NCBI GenBank assembly: GCA_038329515.1
Contig: JBBQNA010000001.1
Location: 2,086-66,085, forward strand
Reading direction: 5' to 3'
Source of the DNA: Candidatus Limnocylindrales bacterium
GTDB lineage: Bacteria; Chloroflexota; Limnocylindria; Limnocylindrales; CSP1-4
DNA length: 64,000 nucleotides
Positions 62,629 to 64,000 of the stretch are shown here, one piece after another. A program made the position numbers and the translations under genes. The stretch's first letter is position 1. Each line of letters opens with the position of its first letter. Under the pieces are notes generated by a model. The model saw nothing but the letters and a program-made list of their open reading frames with translations. It made no database searches and was not told the DNA's origin.

Positions 62629-63923
62629 TTGATGAACCCCTCGTAGTTCCTCATCATCAATTGCGCTTCGAGCTGCTTCATCGTCTCCACGACGACCGAT
62701 ACCACGATGAGCAGCGCGGTGCCGCCGAGGCTGAACGAGCCCACGACGCTGCCGCTGAAGAAGGCGGACAGCAAGATCGGGCTCACCGCCACGATGCCCA
62801 GGAACAGGGCGCCGGCAAGGCTGATCCGGTAGACCACACGCGCGAGGTAGTCACGGGTCGGGGCGCCCGGGCGGATACCCGGGATGAAACCGCCGTTCTT
62901 GCGCAGTTGGTCAGCCGTCTCGTCTGGTTTGAACGTGAACGCCGTGTAGAAGTACGTGAAGCCGACCGTGAGCAGGAAATACAGCAGGATGTAGAGCGGC
63001 GCACGCTGGTCGAGGATGTCGATCACGAACTGGGACATGTCCCCGATGAAGCCTTCGCTCGAGTTCTGGAAGTATGTCGCCAGCTGGACCGGGAACAGCA
63101 GGATGCTGACCGCGAAGATGATCGGGATCACGCCAGCCTGGTTCACGCGCAGGGGCAAGAAGGTCGCGCCCCCCTGGTACATCCGGCGACCACGGACGCG
63201 GCTCGCATACTGGATGGGGATGCGTCGCTGGCCCTCCTGGATGTACACGATGGCCGCTACTGCGCCGATTCCCAGCGCGCCGAACGCGATGCCCGCGCCC
63301 AGGTCAGGCGAACGAAGGAAGGTCGCCAGGGCGCTGGGCGTCTGGGCGACGATGCCGGCAAAGATGATGAAGCTGATGCCGTTGCCGATGCCCCGCTCGG
63401 TGATGAGCTCGCCGATCCACATCAGCAGGATGGTTCCAGCCACCAGGGACGCGATCATGGTCAGCGTGTCCAGACTCGACAGGTCGAAGCCCGGGATGGG
63501 TGACACCCCGTTCACCCTCTGGCTCGACAGCAGGATGAGGTAGCCATACGCCTGCAGCAGGCCCATGGGGACCGTCAGGTAGCGGGTGTACTGGTTGATC
63601 TTGTTGCGGCCGTACTCGCCTTCCCGCTGCAGCTGCTGCAGCCGGGGCACGACCCCGGTCATGAGCTGCATGATGATCGAGGCGTTGATGTACGGGTTCA
63701 CGCCCAGGGCGATGATGGAGAACGAGGCCAGGCCACCACCGGAGAACAGGTCCAGCAGCTGCAGGAACGGGTTGGCTCCGATGACCGCATCGAGAGCGTC
63801 CTTGTTGACCCCGGGAACCGGCACGTTGGCCAGCCCCCGCACGATGACCAGCATCGCGAGGACGAACAGGATTCGCTTCCGGATGTCCGGCGCGCGGAAG
63901 GCGTTGACGAGGGCGTCGAACAC
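62625..63923 (-). CDS. secY: Preprotein translocase subunit SecY (GTG start).
   Basis: Ten TM helices. The first codon is GTG (plus-strand CAC at 63921-63923). Confidence 0.95.
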   Translation of the reverse strand: MFDALVNAFRAPDIRKRILFVLAMLVIVRGLANVPVPGVNKDALDAVIGANPFLQLLDLFSGGGLASFSIIALGVNPYINASIIMQLMTGVVPRLQQLQREGEYGRNKINQYTRYLTVPMGLLQAYGYLILLSSQRVNGVSPIPGFDLSSLDTLTMIASLVAGTILLMWIGELITERGIGNGISFIIFAGIVAQTPSALATFLRSPDLGAGIAFGALGIGAVAAIVYIQEGQRRIPIQYASRVRGRRMYQGGATFLPLRVNQAGVIPIIFAVSILLFPVQLATYFQNSSEGFIGDMSQFVIDILDQRAPLYILLYFLLTVGFTYFYTAFTFKPDETADQLRKNGGFIPGIRPGAPTRDYLARVVYRISLAGALFLGIVAVSPILLSAFFSGSVVGSFSLGGTALLIVVSVVVETMKQLEAQLMMRNYEGFIK

Positions 63924-63930
63924 CGTGCGT

Positions 63931-64000
63931 CAGTCCTGGGAAGCCGTGTCCGCGGGTCCGCCATCCAGCTCCGCCGGATCGCCAGCGGGCGCGGTCGGAG
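63931..64000 (-). CDS. rplO: 50S ribosomal protein L15, C-terminal fragment (the gene continues beyond the window).
   Basis: Open frame ending at a TGA (plus-strand TCA at 63931-63933), 7 nt upstream of the secY start. Expected from the conserved rplO-secY order. Only 23 codons are visible. Confidence 0.45.

Overview
This 64 kb window is about 70% GC. It comes from a monoderm, actinobacterium-like genome; Chloroflexi/Thermomicrobia cannot be excluded without a marker gene. The evidence is the gene order (rplQ-truA, rplM-rpsI-glmM-glmS, acpS-nnr-alr, tsaE-tsaB-rimI-tsaD), an F420-type luciferase-like oxidoreductase, and an RND pump with no periplasmic adaptor. No rRNA, tRNA, CRISPR array, integrase or transposase is visible.

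The first ~35 kb (1-35 kb) is a mixed accessory-type region. It holds two decayed gene remnants, a cellulose/cellobiose utilisation cluster (MFS transporter, GH1 beta-glucosidase, GH9 endoglucanase) with a cold-shock gene inside it, and a response regulator/histidine kinase/HtrA envelope-stress module. It also holds a DinB-alpha/beta-hydrolase fusion, a CAP-domain secreted protein, DoxX, an LCP lipoprotein, a MarR-RND pair and an AI-2E transporter. Further along are a DUF2330-like protein paired with a cupredoxin, PPDK, a heparinase II/III-like protein, an S9 peptidase, FNR, glyQS, an unusual secreted protein and recO.

From about 35.3 kb to the window end almost everything sits on the minus strand as one long housekeeping supercluster. 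Transcribed from high to low coordinates it runs rplO'-secY-adk-map-infA-rpmJ-rpsM-rpsK-rpsD-rpoA-rplQ-truA-rplM-rpsI-TPR-cdaA-cdaR-glmM-glmS-acpS-nnr-alr-[three unknown genes]-tsaE-tsaB-rimI-tsaD-rsmA-ispE-ridA-glmU-corC.

The best candidate for something undescribed is the three-gene unknown module at 43.4-46.4 kb, wedged between alr and tsaE. It encodes a small acidic protein, an ASKHA/actin-fold-like putative ATPase, and a translationally coupled partner. Other points worth follow-up are the DUF2330-like/cupredoxin pair, a 600 bp repeat-rich convergent intergenic region, two gene remnants at 0.7-1.3 kb, and cdaA-cdaR physically fused to the ribosomal/glmM/glmS cluster.

In this GC content, long antisense ORFs in the supplied track are almost all spurious. 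Calls were made from recognisable family motifs, start-codon/RBS context and operon logic.
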